Below, one piece after another: positions 9,036-18,125 of a stretch of DNA of 64,000 bases. Position 1 is the first letter of the stretch. Every line of letters starts with the position of its first letter. The position numbers and the translations under genes are program-made. The DNA comes from Candidatus Cloacimonadota bacterium. GTDB lineage: Bacteria; Cloacimonadota; Cloacimonadia; G963667145. Location of the stretch: contig OY762943.1 in assembly GCA_963667145.1 (NCBI GenBank), positions 49,576 to 113,575 of the forward strand, written 5' to 3'. A model generated the notes under the pieces. It saw nothing but the letters and a program-made list of their open reading frames with translations, was not told the DNA's origin and did not search any database.

Positions 9036-10340
9036 TTGATGAAAATATTAGAAAGATATTTGCTTAGAGAATCTCTCAAACCATTTATTGGTGCTTTGGG
9101 AGTTTTTACGTCGTTGTTTTTGATAGATATGATTATCAGCAAGCTGAGTCTTATCATTCAAAAGAAGCTCTCTTTCATGACAGTGGTTAGTCTGTTCGGA
9201 TATAGTTTGCCTGCTATGGTGGCACTCACTATTCCCATGGCGATACTATTCGCTTCTATTATGACTTTCGGGAAGTTGTCGATTGACAACGAATTAACAG
9301 CGATAAAATCTTGTGGTGTCAGCATATATCGGTTGATGAGACCGTTGTATCTTTTGGTTATTTTGTTTTCGTGTTTTATGTTGTATTTCAATCACATTGT
9401 TTTGCCCGATAGCAACTATCTTTCCAGAGATTTGCTTCTGCATATAGCGTATCGAAATCCTATCAGCAATATCAAAACGGGTGTGTTCAATAAAAATCAA
9501 AACATTTCCGATTTGGTGATTTTCGCTGGAGGCAAAGAAGACAAATATTTGTTGGATGTGCTTATTTATAACAAGGGTCAACGGGAGACTTTTCAGATAG
9601 TTAGTGCGAAATACGGTGAGATTGATTTGGCTAATAACGGAAACGATATGGTTGCCAGACTTTATGATGGAGAAATCCACGAGAAGAGCATCAAAAATCC
9701 TGGCGATTATCGAGTTGTTAAGTTCAAAAAATTCAATTTCAATATTTTCGGTGGAGCCAATCAGGGTGACTTGCGACATACACTTGGCGATAGAGAAATG
9801 AACACCAAGATTATGTTGAACAGAATTAAGGAGAACGAAAAAATCATTCATGTGGCGGATTCTTTGCGACAAATCCATGACGACAGATTGCAGACGATGG
9901 AGAAGGGCGAAAAGTACAATTCCGTGACCAGCCTGATGCTTCAGGAATCTAACAAAATGAAGCGTTACCAAGAGTACAACTATGCCTATTGGGTAGAAAT
10001 CCACAAGAAAAACGCTTTGGCTTTTGCTTGCATCATTTTTCTCTTTTTGGGAGTTCCAGTTGGACTGATGGCCAAAACTAGCGGAGTTGGAGCGGCTTTC
10101 GGATTTAGCATGGTAGTTTTTGTGTCTTATCATTCTATGTTGCTGGGTGGAGAAGAGTTAGCCGACAGAGGGTTTATAGCTCCTTGGCTTGCTATGTGGC
10201 TCGCTAATATTGTGCTTGTGATATTGGGGACGTTCCTTACTTGGAAGTCTCGCCACGACACCAACGCTTTCGATTCGGTTAGATTTAAGGTGCGGATGTA
10301 TTTCAAAAAGGTATTTAAAGCTAAAAAGGAATTGAGTTGA
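9036..10340 (+). CDS. lptF: LPS export ABC transporter permease LptF
   Basis: LptF/G architecture: 3 TM, periplasmic domain, 3 TM; DNELTAIKSCGVS motif; tandem with a paralog. Confidence 0.85.
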   Translation: MMKILERYLLRESLKPFIGALGVFTSLFLIDMIISKLSLIIQKKLSFMTVVSLFGYSLPAMVALTIPMAILFASIMTFGKLSIDNELTAIKSCGVSIYRLMRPLYLLVILFSCFMLYFNHIVLPDSNYLSRDLLLHIAYRNPISNIKTGVFNKNQNISDLVIFAGGKEDKYLLDVLIYNKGQRETFQIVSAKYGEIDLANNGNDMVARLYDGEIHEKSIKNPGDYRVVKFKKFNFNIFGGANQGDLRHTLGDREMNTKIMLNRIKENEKIIHVADSLRQIHDDRLQTMEKGEKYNSVTSLMLQESNKMKRYQEYNYAYWVEIHKKNALAFACIIFLFLGVPVGLMAKTSGVGAAFGFSMVVFVSYHSMLLGGEELADRGFIAPWLAMWLANIVLVILGTFLTWKSRHDTNAFDSVRFKVRMYFKKVFKAKKELS

Positions 10341-11431
10341 TTAAGATTTTAGACCGCTATATATTGGGTTCTTACATCAAAAATTTTGTGTTGATTAGTT
10401 TGTCGTTTTCCGTGCTTTTTGTGGTAATCAGCATTTTTGACAGGCTTACCAGATTTCTAAAATATGGTGCTTCACTATCAGATTCTCTGGCGTATTTTAT
10501 GTACAATATGCCCTATCTTTTTGTTCTTACCTCTCCAGTTGCCGTTTTGCTGTCCAGTTTGTTCCTGATGAATAAACTTTCCAAATACAACGAATCTATA
10601 GCTGTTAGAGCTTCGGGAAGAAGCATCGTTCGGATGGTGATGCCTATTTTTATTTTCGGAATTTTTTACAGTTTTTTTGTGATGTGGATCGGAGAGTATG
10701 TTCTGCCAAAAGCTATTCAACTGCGAGAGCATACCTACATCGTCAAAATCCGTGGTGAGAAGATGGAAGACATCAAGCGGAGAGCCAACATAAATTACAA
10801 AGGCAATAACAATCTTTTTTTCAACATCGGGTTTTTCGATGGATATAGCAAGAAGTTGTATAATATTGACATTGTGCAGTTTGACCCCGAGACGGGCGGT
10901 TTGGTGCAGACTATTGCGTCACATTCTGCCAGATGGGATGGCGAAAAGTGGCTTTTTGACCATTGCTATGTTCGGGAATTTGAAGATGGGATGCCCACGG
11001 AAATTGAATTGTTCGAGAAAGATAAGGTCATTCCGATAGTAGATGTGAAGCCGATAGATTTTGTCAAATCTTCCAAAGATCCTTTGGCGATGAGCTATTT
11101 TGAGCTTAAGGAGTACATTGCTCGTCAGGAAAAGGTGGGAGAGAAGTGTCTGAAGGAGCGAGTTGATTTGGCCACGAAATTGGCTTTTCCTTTTGCAAAT
11201 TTGATTATTCTGTTCTTCAGCGTGCCGATGGCTTCAGCTTCTGTTCGCAGTAGGACTCGAAGTGTTGTTTTTTTGGTTGGATTGGTAGTCTGTTTTGTTT
11301 TCCTTGCGGCGTTGCGTGTCAGCCAGAATTTGGGATATTCTGGAATTTTGTCGCCGTTTTTCGCTGCGTGGTCACCCAATATTCTTTTTACTATTTTGGG
11401 ACTTGTATTTTCCTCCAGAGCAGAGGTTTAG
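10337..11431 (+). CDS. lptG: LPS export ABC transporter permease LptG
   Basis: KILDRYI start, NESIAVRASG, FFAAWSPN; overlaps lptF by 4 nt. Confidence 0.85.
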   Translation: MIKILDRYILGSYIKNFVLISLSFSVLFVVISIFDRLTRFLKYGASLSDSLAYFMYNMPYLFVLTSPVAVLLSSLFLMNKLSKYNESIAVRASGRSIVRMVMPIFIFGIFYSFFVMWIGEYVLPKAIQLREHTYIVKIRGEKMEDIKRRANINYKGNNNLFFNIGFFDGYSKKLYNIDIVQFDPETGGLVQTIASHSARWDGEKWLFDHCYVREFEDGMPTEIELFEKDKVIPIVDVKPIDFVKSSKDPLAMSYFELKEYIARQEKVGEKCLKERVDLATKLAFPFANLIILFFSVPMASASVRSRTRSVVFLVGLVVCFVFLAALRVSQNLGYSGILSPFFAAWSPNILFTILGLVFSSRAEV

Positions 11432-11432
11432 A

Positions 11433-12347
11433 CTAAATAAATAGATTTTCCAGAATAGAATAGATTTCTTGCAGGTCTGTGCTGAGATTGATTTTTTCTC
11501 GTGCTTCCGCACTTTTTTTGATGCCCTTGGTGTATTTTGCTATGTGAGACCGCATCATGACAATGCCTTTGGTTTCGCCGTAGTGTTCGATAGATAACGT
11601 ATAATGACGCTTTATAGTGTCGATTTTCTCTTGATTTGTGGGAGTTTCTGTGGAGAAAATCCAAGGATTGCCGATAGCCCCTCTTCCAATCATAACACTG
11701 TCACAAGCAGTTGCCTTTTTCATTTTTTCTATGTCATCTTTTTCAAAAATGTCACCGTTCCCGATAACTGGAATTGTGGCTTTATTTTTCAAGATTTTGA
11801 TGTGCTCCCAATTGCTCATTCCAGAAAACATTTGGTTTCTCGTGCGTGGGTGCAAGATTAGAGCGTCCGCTCCAGATTTTTGCATAAGTATGCCAAAATC
11901 CAAGTAGTTGATAGTGGAGAAGCCCGAGCGGAATTTGACAATTAGAGGAACATCTTCGGGCAAGGCGAGTTTGCAGGCTTCAACGATTTTAGAAGCCAAT
12001 TCTGGTGTATCCATCAGGGCTGAGCCAGCACCAGTTTTTATCACTTTTTTAACGGGGCAACCCATATTTAGGCAGAGGAAATCCATTTTTGGCAAGATGG
12101 AAATAGCTTTTTGGAAATGGGCAGGAACACTGCCGAAGAGTTGGATTCCGATTGGCGATTCGACCTCAGAGGTTTGAGCATAGGGCAAACTGGTTTTCGG
12201 ATTGTAGGTTAATCCCGCAGCACTTACCATCTCGGTGGTGAGTACATTCACACCGTTTTCTTTGGCGACAATTCTGTATGGGTAGTCCGTAAATCCCGCC
12301 AACGGAGCCAACCAAGTGGTGTTCTTACAAAGTTCGTCAATATGCAT
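11433..12347 (-). CDS. dusB: tRNA-dihydrouridine synthase
   Basis: LAPLAGFTD, QLFGS, NMGCP, HPRTR, IGNGD, MIGRGAIGNPW. Confidence 0.92.
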   Translation of the reverse strand: MHIDELCKNTTWLAPLAGFTDYPYRIVAKENGVNVLTTEMVSAAGLTYNPKTSLPYAQTSEVESPIGIQLFGSVPAHFQKAISILPKMDFLCLNMGCPVKKVIKTGAGSALMDTPELASKIVEACKLALPEDVPLIVKFRSGFSTINYLDFGILMQKSGADALILHPRTRNQMFSGMSNWEHIKILKNKATIPVIGNGDIFEKDDIEKMKKATACDSVMIGRGAIGNPWIFSTETPTNQEKIDTIKRHYTLSIEHYGETKGIVMMRSHIAKYTKGIKKSAEAREKINLSTDLQEIYSILENLFI

Positions 12348-12366
12348 TTTTGTAGAGATGAAGTCG

Positions 12367-12738
12367 TTATTTTTTTTGAGATATCTTGAATGTTATAAAG
12401 AGGTATAACTCATAGATATACAAAGAGATTAGAGGCAAAATCAAGCCAACACCGAAAATCAGTATTTCTATTTTAATGTATTTGGCGACGAAATAGCAAT
12501 AGAGCACCAATATCAAAAATCTGCCTCCGAATCCCAAGACAATGCTTTTTTTTATGTTTGTTGCTGGAGACAGGGCAAGCATTGTGCTGATAGCCATCGA
12601 AATTAGAAAAAATAAGCCACCGATTAAGCCCAAAAATAAGCTTAATCTAGATGGCAAAACAAGACTTGGGCAAGCGAGAACAACGCTCAGCAAACAAACT
12701 TTTCCCAGATACAGCAGATGTTTTTTATTTGATGGCAT
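12367..12738 (-). CDS. small 4-TM membrane protein (possibly AtpI-like)
   Basis: 123 aa with four hydrophobic segments; overlaps the bactofilin end. The family call is tentative. Confidence 0.6.
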   Translation of the reverse strand: MPSNKKHLLYLGKVCLLSVVLACPSLVLPSRLSLFLGLIGGLFFLISMAISTMLALSPATNIKKSIVLGFGGRFLILVLYCYFVAKYIKIEILIFGVGLILPLISLYIYELYLFITFKISQKK

Positions 12739-13078
12739 TCTGTCCCATGGTGCAGTTGCCGTTGAGGATTGCTCCCGGCTCTACTATCAGGGTTACAGCT
12801 TTTATATCTCCAGTGATTTTGGCACTTTTTTTGACTTCGATAGTGTTCTTGGCGGTGATTCCACCGTTGATGATGCCAGCGATGATGCAATTGCTACAGT
12901 CCAAATTTCCGTCAATTTTCCCACTGGTGGTCACGGAGATTAGAGATTTGCAGGTGATATTTCCCACAAGGTCACCATCGACTTTTATGCCGTTTTCGCA
13001 ACTTACGTCTCCAGTGATTTTCAAATCTTTTCCGATGATAGAGGACACTTCCACTTCTCTATTTTTTTCTTTAATCAT
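12725..13078 (-). CDS. bactofilin (polymer-forming cytoskeletal protein)
   Basis: SSIIGKDLKITGDV...VDG...G.I.G.I.A...V.GDI.A..L.VEPGA.LNGNCTM beta-helix pattern. Confidence 0.92.
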   Translation of the reverse strand: MIKEKNREVEVSSIIGKDLKITGDVSCENGIKVDGDLVGNITCKSLISVTTSGKIDGNLDCSNCIIAGIINGGITAKNTIEVKKSAKITGDIKAVTLIVEPGAILNGNCTMGQNAIK

Positions 13079-13082
13079 GTGC

Positions 13083-13745
13083 TTACTCTCCTTTAAAATT
13101 CTTTATAAAATCTTTTGGATTTTGGTTAATGTCGCTTTGTTGGATTTCGTAGTGCAGGTGTGGATTGGTGCTATATCCCGAATTTCCCACCGAGCCTATG
13201 GTTTGCCCTTTCTTCACAAAAGTTTCCACGTTTACGCAGATAGAGTCCAAATGAGCATAGACTGTTTTGAAGCCGTTGAGATGGTTGATAATAATGGTTT
13301 TCCCGAAATATGTATCCGCTTCAGCTTTTTCCACAACTCCCGATGCTCCCGCAAAAACGGAAGTTCCGAGTTTGCCCGCAAAATCAAGAGCTTTATGTTT
13401 CTCGTTGAAATCTCTGCTTGTTTTATAAGGTTTGGCAACAGGCAAAAAATCGGGATAAAAATTTTCTGGTGCACTCAGTTTACTACCATTTTTTTTGTTA
13501 GCATGAGGCTCTTCGGCTATATATTTTTCTAGCGAAAGTCGCAACTTTTCTAACTTTAGATTGTTGTTTAATTTGTTGTCCTGAAGTAGATTTTGACGAT
13601 AAGAGTCTAATTGTTTGGTCAAAATCTCGATTTGGGCTTTGCTCTCATCCAATTTATTCAGAAGGAGGTAGCAAGAAATCAGGCTTCCCAAGAAAAAAAT
13701 GGAAAGCAAGGAAAACAGTAAGATGCTAAAGTGCTTATTTCTCAT
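13083..13745 (-). CDS. membrane-anchored M23-family metallopeptidase
   Basis: N-terminal TM and coiled coil; HKALD (HxxxD) and GYSTNPHLHYE (HxH). Confidence 0.9.
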   Translation of the reverse strand: MRNKHFSILLFSLLSIFFLGSLISCYLLLNKLDESKAQIEILTKQLDSYRQNLLQDNKLNNNLKLEKLRLSLEKYIAEEPHANKKNGSKLSAPENFYPDFLPVAKPYKTSRDFNEKHKALDFAGKLGTSVFAGASGVVEKAEADTYFGKTIIINHLNGFKTVYAHLDSICVNVETFVKKGQTIGSVGNSGYSTNPHLHYEIQQSDINQNPKDFIKNFKGE

Positions 13746-14598
13746 TGCTTAACAGTTTTAGAAGTTCTTCCTTTTGTGATTTTGACTGATAAGAGAAAAT
13801 TATTTTGCCTCTGCTTCCGGTTCCTTTGATTTTCACCTGAGCGTTGTAGATGCTTTTCAGAGATTCCTCAGCAACGGAAAAATCCAATTGAGCGTTCTTA
13901 TTTTTTACGACAGTGGCGGAAGATTTCACCAAAGTTTCACTGGCTCTAACTGAGAGTTCTTTTTGAGCGATGGTGGCAGCCAGAGCTTCTCTTTGTTCAG
14001 GTTCGGCTTGCATTATCACCTTTGCGTGTCCCGTGCTGATTTTTCCTTGAAGCAACAATTTTTTGATGGAATCTTGCAACGAGAGCAATCTCAAGAAGTT
14101 GGAAATGGTTGTGCGGTCTTTGCCCATTGCAGTGGCGATTTCGCCGTGTGTATAGTTGAACTCCTCTTGGAGCCTTTTGTAGCTGGCGGCTTCTTCTATC
14201 GGGTTCAGATTTTCTCTTTGAACGTTTTCGATAATAGCCAGTTGGAGCATCTGCTGATTGGTGGCTTGCCTTACCACCACTGGCACTGTTTTGAGGTTAG
14301 CCAATTTAGCTGCTTGAAGCCTTCTTTCTCCAGCGATTAGCTCATAATGCCCACCATCTTGCTCGGTGACGATAAGAGGCTGAATAATGCCATTTTCGAT
14401 AATGGAGTCACGCAACTCTTCCAATTTATCTTGGTCAAAATGCCTTCTGGGTTGATAGCGATTTGGGAAAACTAAATTGATGTTTGCTTCGTTTACTGTT
14501 GCGTCTTCCGAAGCGGATGAACTTTCTCTGTCTGCAGATTTGAAATCTACGGGCTTAATCAGAGCTTCTAAGCCTCTTCCCAGTTTCTTTTTGCTCAT
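13735..14598 (-). CDS. parB: chromosome partitioning protein ParB/Spo0J
   Basis: LGRGLEAL, NRYQPR, IAGERR, ENVQRENL, HTH. Confidence 0.95.
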   Translation of the reverse strand: MSKKKLGRGLEALIKPVDFKSADRESSSASEDATVNEANINLVFPNRYQPRRHFDQDKLEELRDSIIENGIIQPLIVTEQDGGHYELIAGERRLQAAKLANLKTVPVVVRQATNQQMLQLAIIENVQRENLNPIEEAASYKRLQEEFNYTHGEIATAMGKDRTTISNFLRLLSLQDSIKKLLLQGKISTGHAKVIMQAEPEQREALAATIAQKELSVRASETLVKSSATVVKNKNAQLDFSVAEESLKSIYNAQVKIKGTGSRGKIIFSYQSKSQKEELLKLLSNEK

Positions 14599-15350
14599 CT
14601 CTCGACCACCTCTTTCACCAAGCTTAAGTAATCTTGAGCACCTTTGGAAGTGATGGCATAGTCAAAAATGGTTTGTCCAAAACTTGGGGATTCGCTGAGT
14701 TTCACATTTCTAGCAATATAGGTTTTGAAGACTATGTCTCCAAAGAAACTTTTTACATCCTCTTCAACTTGTTGGCAGAGGTTCAGTCTTTTGTCGTACA
14801 TGGTGAGCAAAACGCCCAATATTTCCAAATCTTTGTTCAGATTATTTTTTATCAGATTAACCGTGTTCAGCAGTTGGCTTACACCTTCCAAAGCATAGTA
14901 TTCACACTGGATTGGCAAAAGGACGTGCGTGCTGGCTGTCAGAGCGTTGATGGTGAGCAAACCCAAGGACGGAGGACAATCGATGATGATGTATTCGTAA
15001 TTGTCCAAGATGGGAGCCAAAGCGTTTTTCAGCTTCTGTTCGCGTGCATACTCTTTCACCAACTCAATCTCTGCACCTGTGAGGTTAATGTCAGCCGGTA
15101 TCACATCGAGCTTTTTGTAGTTCGACTTCACGATGCAAGACTTAATGTTTTTCTCACCGATGAGCATCTTGTAAACTTGGCTGTTAACTTTGTTTTTGTT
15201 TATTCCTATTCCAGAAGTGGAGTTCCCTTGCGGGTCTAAATCTATAAGCAAAGTTTTCTTTTCGTAAACGCCCAAAGCTGCAGACAAATTCACAGAGGTT
15301 GTTGTTTTGCCTACGCCACCTTTTTGATTGACGACCGATACTACTTTCAT
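14595..15350 (-). CDS. parA: chromosome partitioning ATPase ParA/Soj
   Basis: NQKGGVGKTTT, DLDPQGN, DCPPSLG, QCEYYALEG. Confidence 0.96.
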   Translation of the reverse strand: MKVVSVVNQKGGVGKTTTSVNLSAALGVYEKKTLLIDLDPQGNSTSGIGINKNKVNSQVYKMLIGEKNIKSCIVKSNYKKLDVIPADINLTGAEIELVKEYAREQKLKNALAPILDNYEYIIIDCPPSLGLLTINALTASTHVLLPIQCEYYALEGVSQLLNTVNLIKNNLNKDLEILGVLLTMYDKRLNLCQQVEEDVKSFFGDIVFKTYIARNVKLSESPSFGQTIFDYAITSKGAQDYLSLVKEVVER

Positions 15351-15542
15351 AACAGTCCTTTATTCATTTTTTGGTTAATATTTTGTCGGTTGACGCAGTA
15401 GTCAAGTTGTTTTTTAGGCTCTATTATCCCATCAGCCAATTTTGTTCCTTTCATTTTTTTATGGTGTAAAAAAATTGACATAATTTTTGCTTGATTATGA
15501 ATTTGTATGTTGGATAAAAAAATTTATAAGGAGATTTGGAGG

Positions 15543-16916
15543 ATGGAAAAAGAAAATTTGGATTTGGTTTTTAGGTTAGAAGACAAGCCTAAACCAGCGA
15601 CTGCTTTATTGGCAGCTATTCAACACCTTTTGGCAATTTTTGTGGGAATTATTACACCCACGATTGTGATTGGTGGAGTACTTGGATTGGGTGCGGAGAT
15701 TCCCTATTTAATAGGAATGTCTTTGATAATTTCAGGAGTTGCAACATTTATTCAAGTGAGAAAATTCGGTCCAGTTGGTTCAGGATTGCTGAGTATTCAG
15801 GGAACAAGCTTTGCTTTCTTGGGTCCGATTTTGGGCATTGGATTTGCCGTAAAAGGAGGTGGTGGAAGTGTGGAAATGATTTTGGCAACGGTTTTTACTG
15901 CTTGTTTTTTCGGTTCTTTTATCGAGATGATAGCCAGCAGATATATCCACAGATTGAAAAAAATCATTACGCCTTTGGTTTCGGGAATTGTGGTGATGCT
16001 TATTGGTCTTAGCTTGATTAAGGTTGGTCTTACCGATATGGGCGGAGGTCAGTATGTTAAAACCAATTTCCCAGACAAGTTCGGTTCTTGGGAAAATCTC
16101 GGTTTGGCATTTTTGACTCTTGCTGTTGTGATTTTTTTCAATAGAAGCAAAAAGCCTATACTCAGAATGTCCTCAATATGCATCGGTTTGGCAGTTGGTT
16201 ATATTGTTGCTGTTTTCACAGTAGGAGTAAATTTTGCTCCTATCGCGAAATTGCCTCTTATTAACGTGCCAATTCCTTTCAAGTATGGATTTAATTTTGA
16301 CTTTTCAGCTTTATTGACTGTCGCTTTCCTGTTTGTTATCACTATGATAGAGTCAACGGGCGACCTCACCGCTACCAGCATGGTTTCGGGTGAGCCAGTG
16401 GAAGGAGAGGTCTATTTCAAAAGGATTGAAGGTGGAGTTCTCGGAGATGGGGTCAACTCAGCTTTGGCTGCTGTTTTCAACACTTTTCCCAACACGACTT
16501 TCAGCCAAAATAACGGTGTTATTCAAATGACGGGAATGGCTTCCCGCCACGTGGGAAAATATCTTGCGGTAATCTTGGTTTTCTTGGGACTATTCCCTGT
16601 TATTGGCGGAATTTTGCAAGTGATGCCAAAGCCTGTTCTTGGTGGTGCTACCATTACTATGTTCGGAACAGTTGCCGCTTCTGGTGTGAAGATTATCACC
16701 AATCATAAATTGGACAGAAGGGGAATAACCATTTTGGCTCTTTCTCTCGGACTTGGCTTGGGTGTACAATTTGTACCTGAAATTGTTTCGCATTTTTCTA
16801 TGATACCCAAGAGCATTTTTGGTTCGCCTATTACAACTGGTGGTTTGACAGCTATTGTTTTGAATATTATTTTGCCACGCATTGACACTAATAAAGATGA
16901 ATGTGGATGTGATTAG
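15543..16916 (+). CDS. NCS2-family nucleobase permease, xanthine/uric-acid type
   Basis: QHLLA in TM1 and the NAT signature TFSQNNGVIQMTG (Q-N pair typical of xanthine transporters). ATG 15543 follows GGAGG. Confidence 0.9.
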   Translation: MEKENLDLVFRLEDKPKPATALLAAIQHLLAIFVGIITPTIVIGGVLGLGAEIPYLIGMSLIISGVATFIQVRKFGPVGSGLLSIQGTSFAFLGPILGIGFAVKGGGGSVEMILATVFTACFFGSFIEMIASRYIHRLKKIITPLVSGIVVMLIGLSLIKVGLTDMGGGQYVKTNFPDKFGSWENLGLAFLTLAVVIFFNRSKKPILRMSSICIGLAVGYIVAVFTVGVNFAPIAKLPLINVPIPFKYGFNFDFSALLTVAFLFVITMIESTGDLTATSMVSGEPVEGEVYFKRIEGGVLGDGVNSALAAVFNTFPNTTFSQNNGVIQMTGMASRHVGKYLAVILVFLGLFPVIGGILQVMPKPVLGGATITMFGTVAASGVKIITNHKLDRRGITILALSLGLGLGVQFVPEIVSHFSMIPKSIFGSPITTGGLTAIVLNIILPRIDTNKDECGCD

Positions 16917-16930
16917 TTTTAGATAATTTG

Positions 16931-16958
16931 AAAGGCAATCGATTTTCGGTTGCCTTTT
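16931..16958. terminator. probable bidirectional intrinsic terminator (permease / tRNA-Val)
   Basis: AAAGGCAATCGA-ttt-TCGGTTGCCTTTT hairpin between convergent genes. Confidence 0.75.
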
Positions 16959-16974
16959 GTTTTTGGGGAAATAA

Positions 16975-17051
<77 letters not shown>

Positions 17052-17098
17052 ATCGATTTGCAATTTGTTGGATGTGCGTAGTGGTTGTCAATGTTATT

Positions 17099-17343
17099 GT
17101 TACCTTTCTTTTTTTTGTGATAAAAAAAAGAAAGAGTAACGCCAAAGAAAAAAAATCAAAATCCTAAGCCTCGCCTCTAAAATATTTAACTCCTTCGTAT
17201 TATTGTAGGCTCAACCTGTGAAGTCAGATTAGAAATTCTGCAAGAGACGACAGGTATCGCACAATAATTGACTTCAGTCGTTTTCTATTTTCACGAGGCT
17301 CGACTTGATGGATTTGTAGCCACCTCGCCCCGAGCGAAGCACT
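17099..17343. repeat. structured dispersed repeat, element A copy 1
   Basis: Core 17156-17343 matches 38130-38313 in direct orientation: 6 substitutions in ~165 aligned nt, one variable loop and one 5-nt indel. Terminal hairpin at 17099-17140. Confidence 0.9.
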
Positions 17344-17365
17344 CTTTGGGTTGAGTTGGGTTTGA

Positions 17366-17561
17366 CTTTTGGCATAATTTAGCTAAACAACAAAGTATTA
17401 TTAGAGAAGTGCAAAACAAATTTTAGATTAGCAGGTAATAGTCGTTCACTCGGAGATGTCTCTACTCAGAGTTAGCAAAACTGCATCTCACGACCCTGTT
17501 TTAGCGATTTTATGACAAAAGGAGGTTTTTTGGTTCGTTTTTTTTCGGCAAAAAAATGAAC
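17366..17561. repeat. structured element B (same architecture as A, opposite orientation)
   Basis: Nested stems 17366-77/17510-21, 17382-87/17500-05, 17441-45/17490-94, 17453-58/17484-89. Terminal hairpin GTTCG-T8-CGGC-A7-TGAAC. Single copy in the window. Confidence 0.55.
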
Positions 17562-17632
17562 ATCGAAAATAGATACCCGTTTTTCAAGCACAAGAGTACT
17601 AAGAAACTGATTAACGTTGTGCTTGATAGACT

Positions 17633-17721
17633 ACGGGCATGAGGATTAGAGGTGCAGGAATCCCAAGCATACCTCATTCTCGTTTTCTTTCTTTTCTCAT
17701 TCCCGCAAAAGCGGGAATCCA
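17633..17721. repeat. REP/dRS3-like palindromic repeat cluster
   Basis: ATTCCCGC-AAAA-GCGGGAAT at 17699-17718; 17633-17682 is an inverted homolog of 38340-38389. Confidence 0.75.
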
Positions 17722-17844
17722 TGGGAATAGGATAAAGATAATTGCATAATTCTAAGATGAACAAACAAATATCTTGACCTCTCTTCCACATAAATTCTTA
17801 TGACATAAATTAAATTTCAGCAGAAAAGTGGGGTGATGATACTT

Positions 17845-18054
17845 ATGCCTTTGGTTGTTGCAAAAAACAAAGAGCCATTTGAAGTTTTACTTCGTAAGTT
17901 TAAGAAGAAGTGCGAAATAGCTGGTGTTTTGTCGGACATCAAAAAAAACCAACGCTACGAAAAGCCTTCTGCCAAAAAACGTCGCGAAGTTAACGCAGTG
18001 AAAAGGAAACTTTTCAACAAGCAACGCAAGTTGACGCGTTTGAGAGGTTATTAG
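17845..18054 (+). CDS. rpsU: 30S ribosomal protein S21
   Basis: EPFEVLLRKFKKKCEIAGVLSDIKKNQRYEKPS. Confidence 0.92.
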   Translation: MPLVVAKNKEPFEVLLRKFKKKCEIAGVLSDIKKNQRYEKPSAKKRREVNAVKRKLFNKQRKLTRLRGY

Positions 18055-18125
18055 ATTTAGTTTTAAATTGGTGGGCAGTGTCGTTTTTTGTTTCGTTGTG
18101 AGCAATTCGGCATTGCCTTTTTTGT

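Noticed and set aside
13735-15500. oriC or parS near parAB
   Set aside because: No TGTTTCACGTGAAACA-like parS or clustered TTATCCACA DnaA boxes were found by eye.
15351-15543. Purine riboswitch upstream of the xanthine permease
   Set aside because: No recognisable aptamer core; the region is short and shared with the divergent parA promoter.
17510-17791. 93-aa ORF containing MDSRFCGNE
   Set aside because: It is a translation of the palindromic repeats, a classic spurious-ORF pattern.
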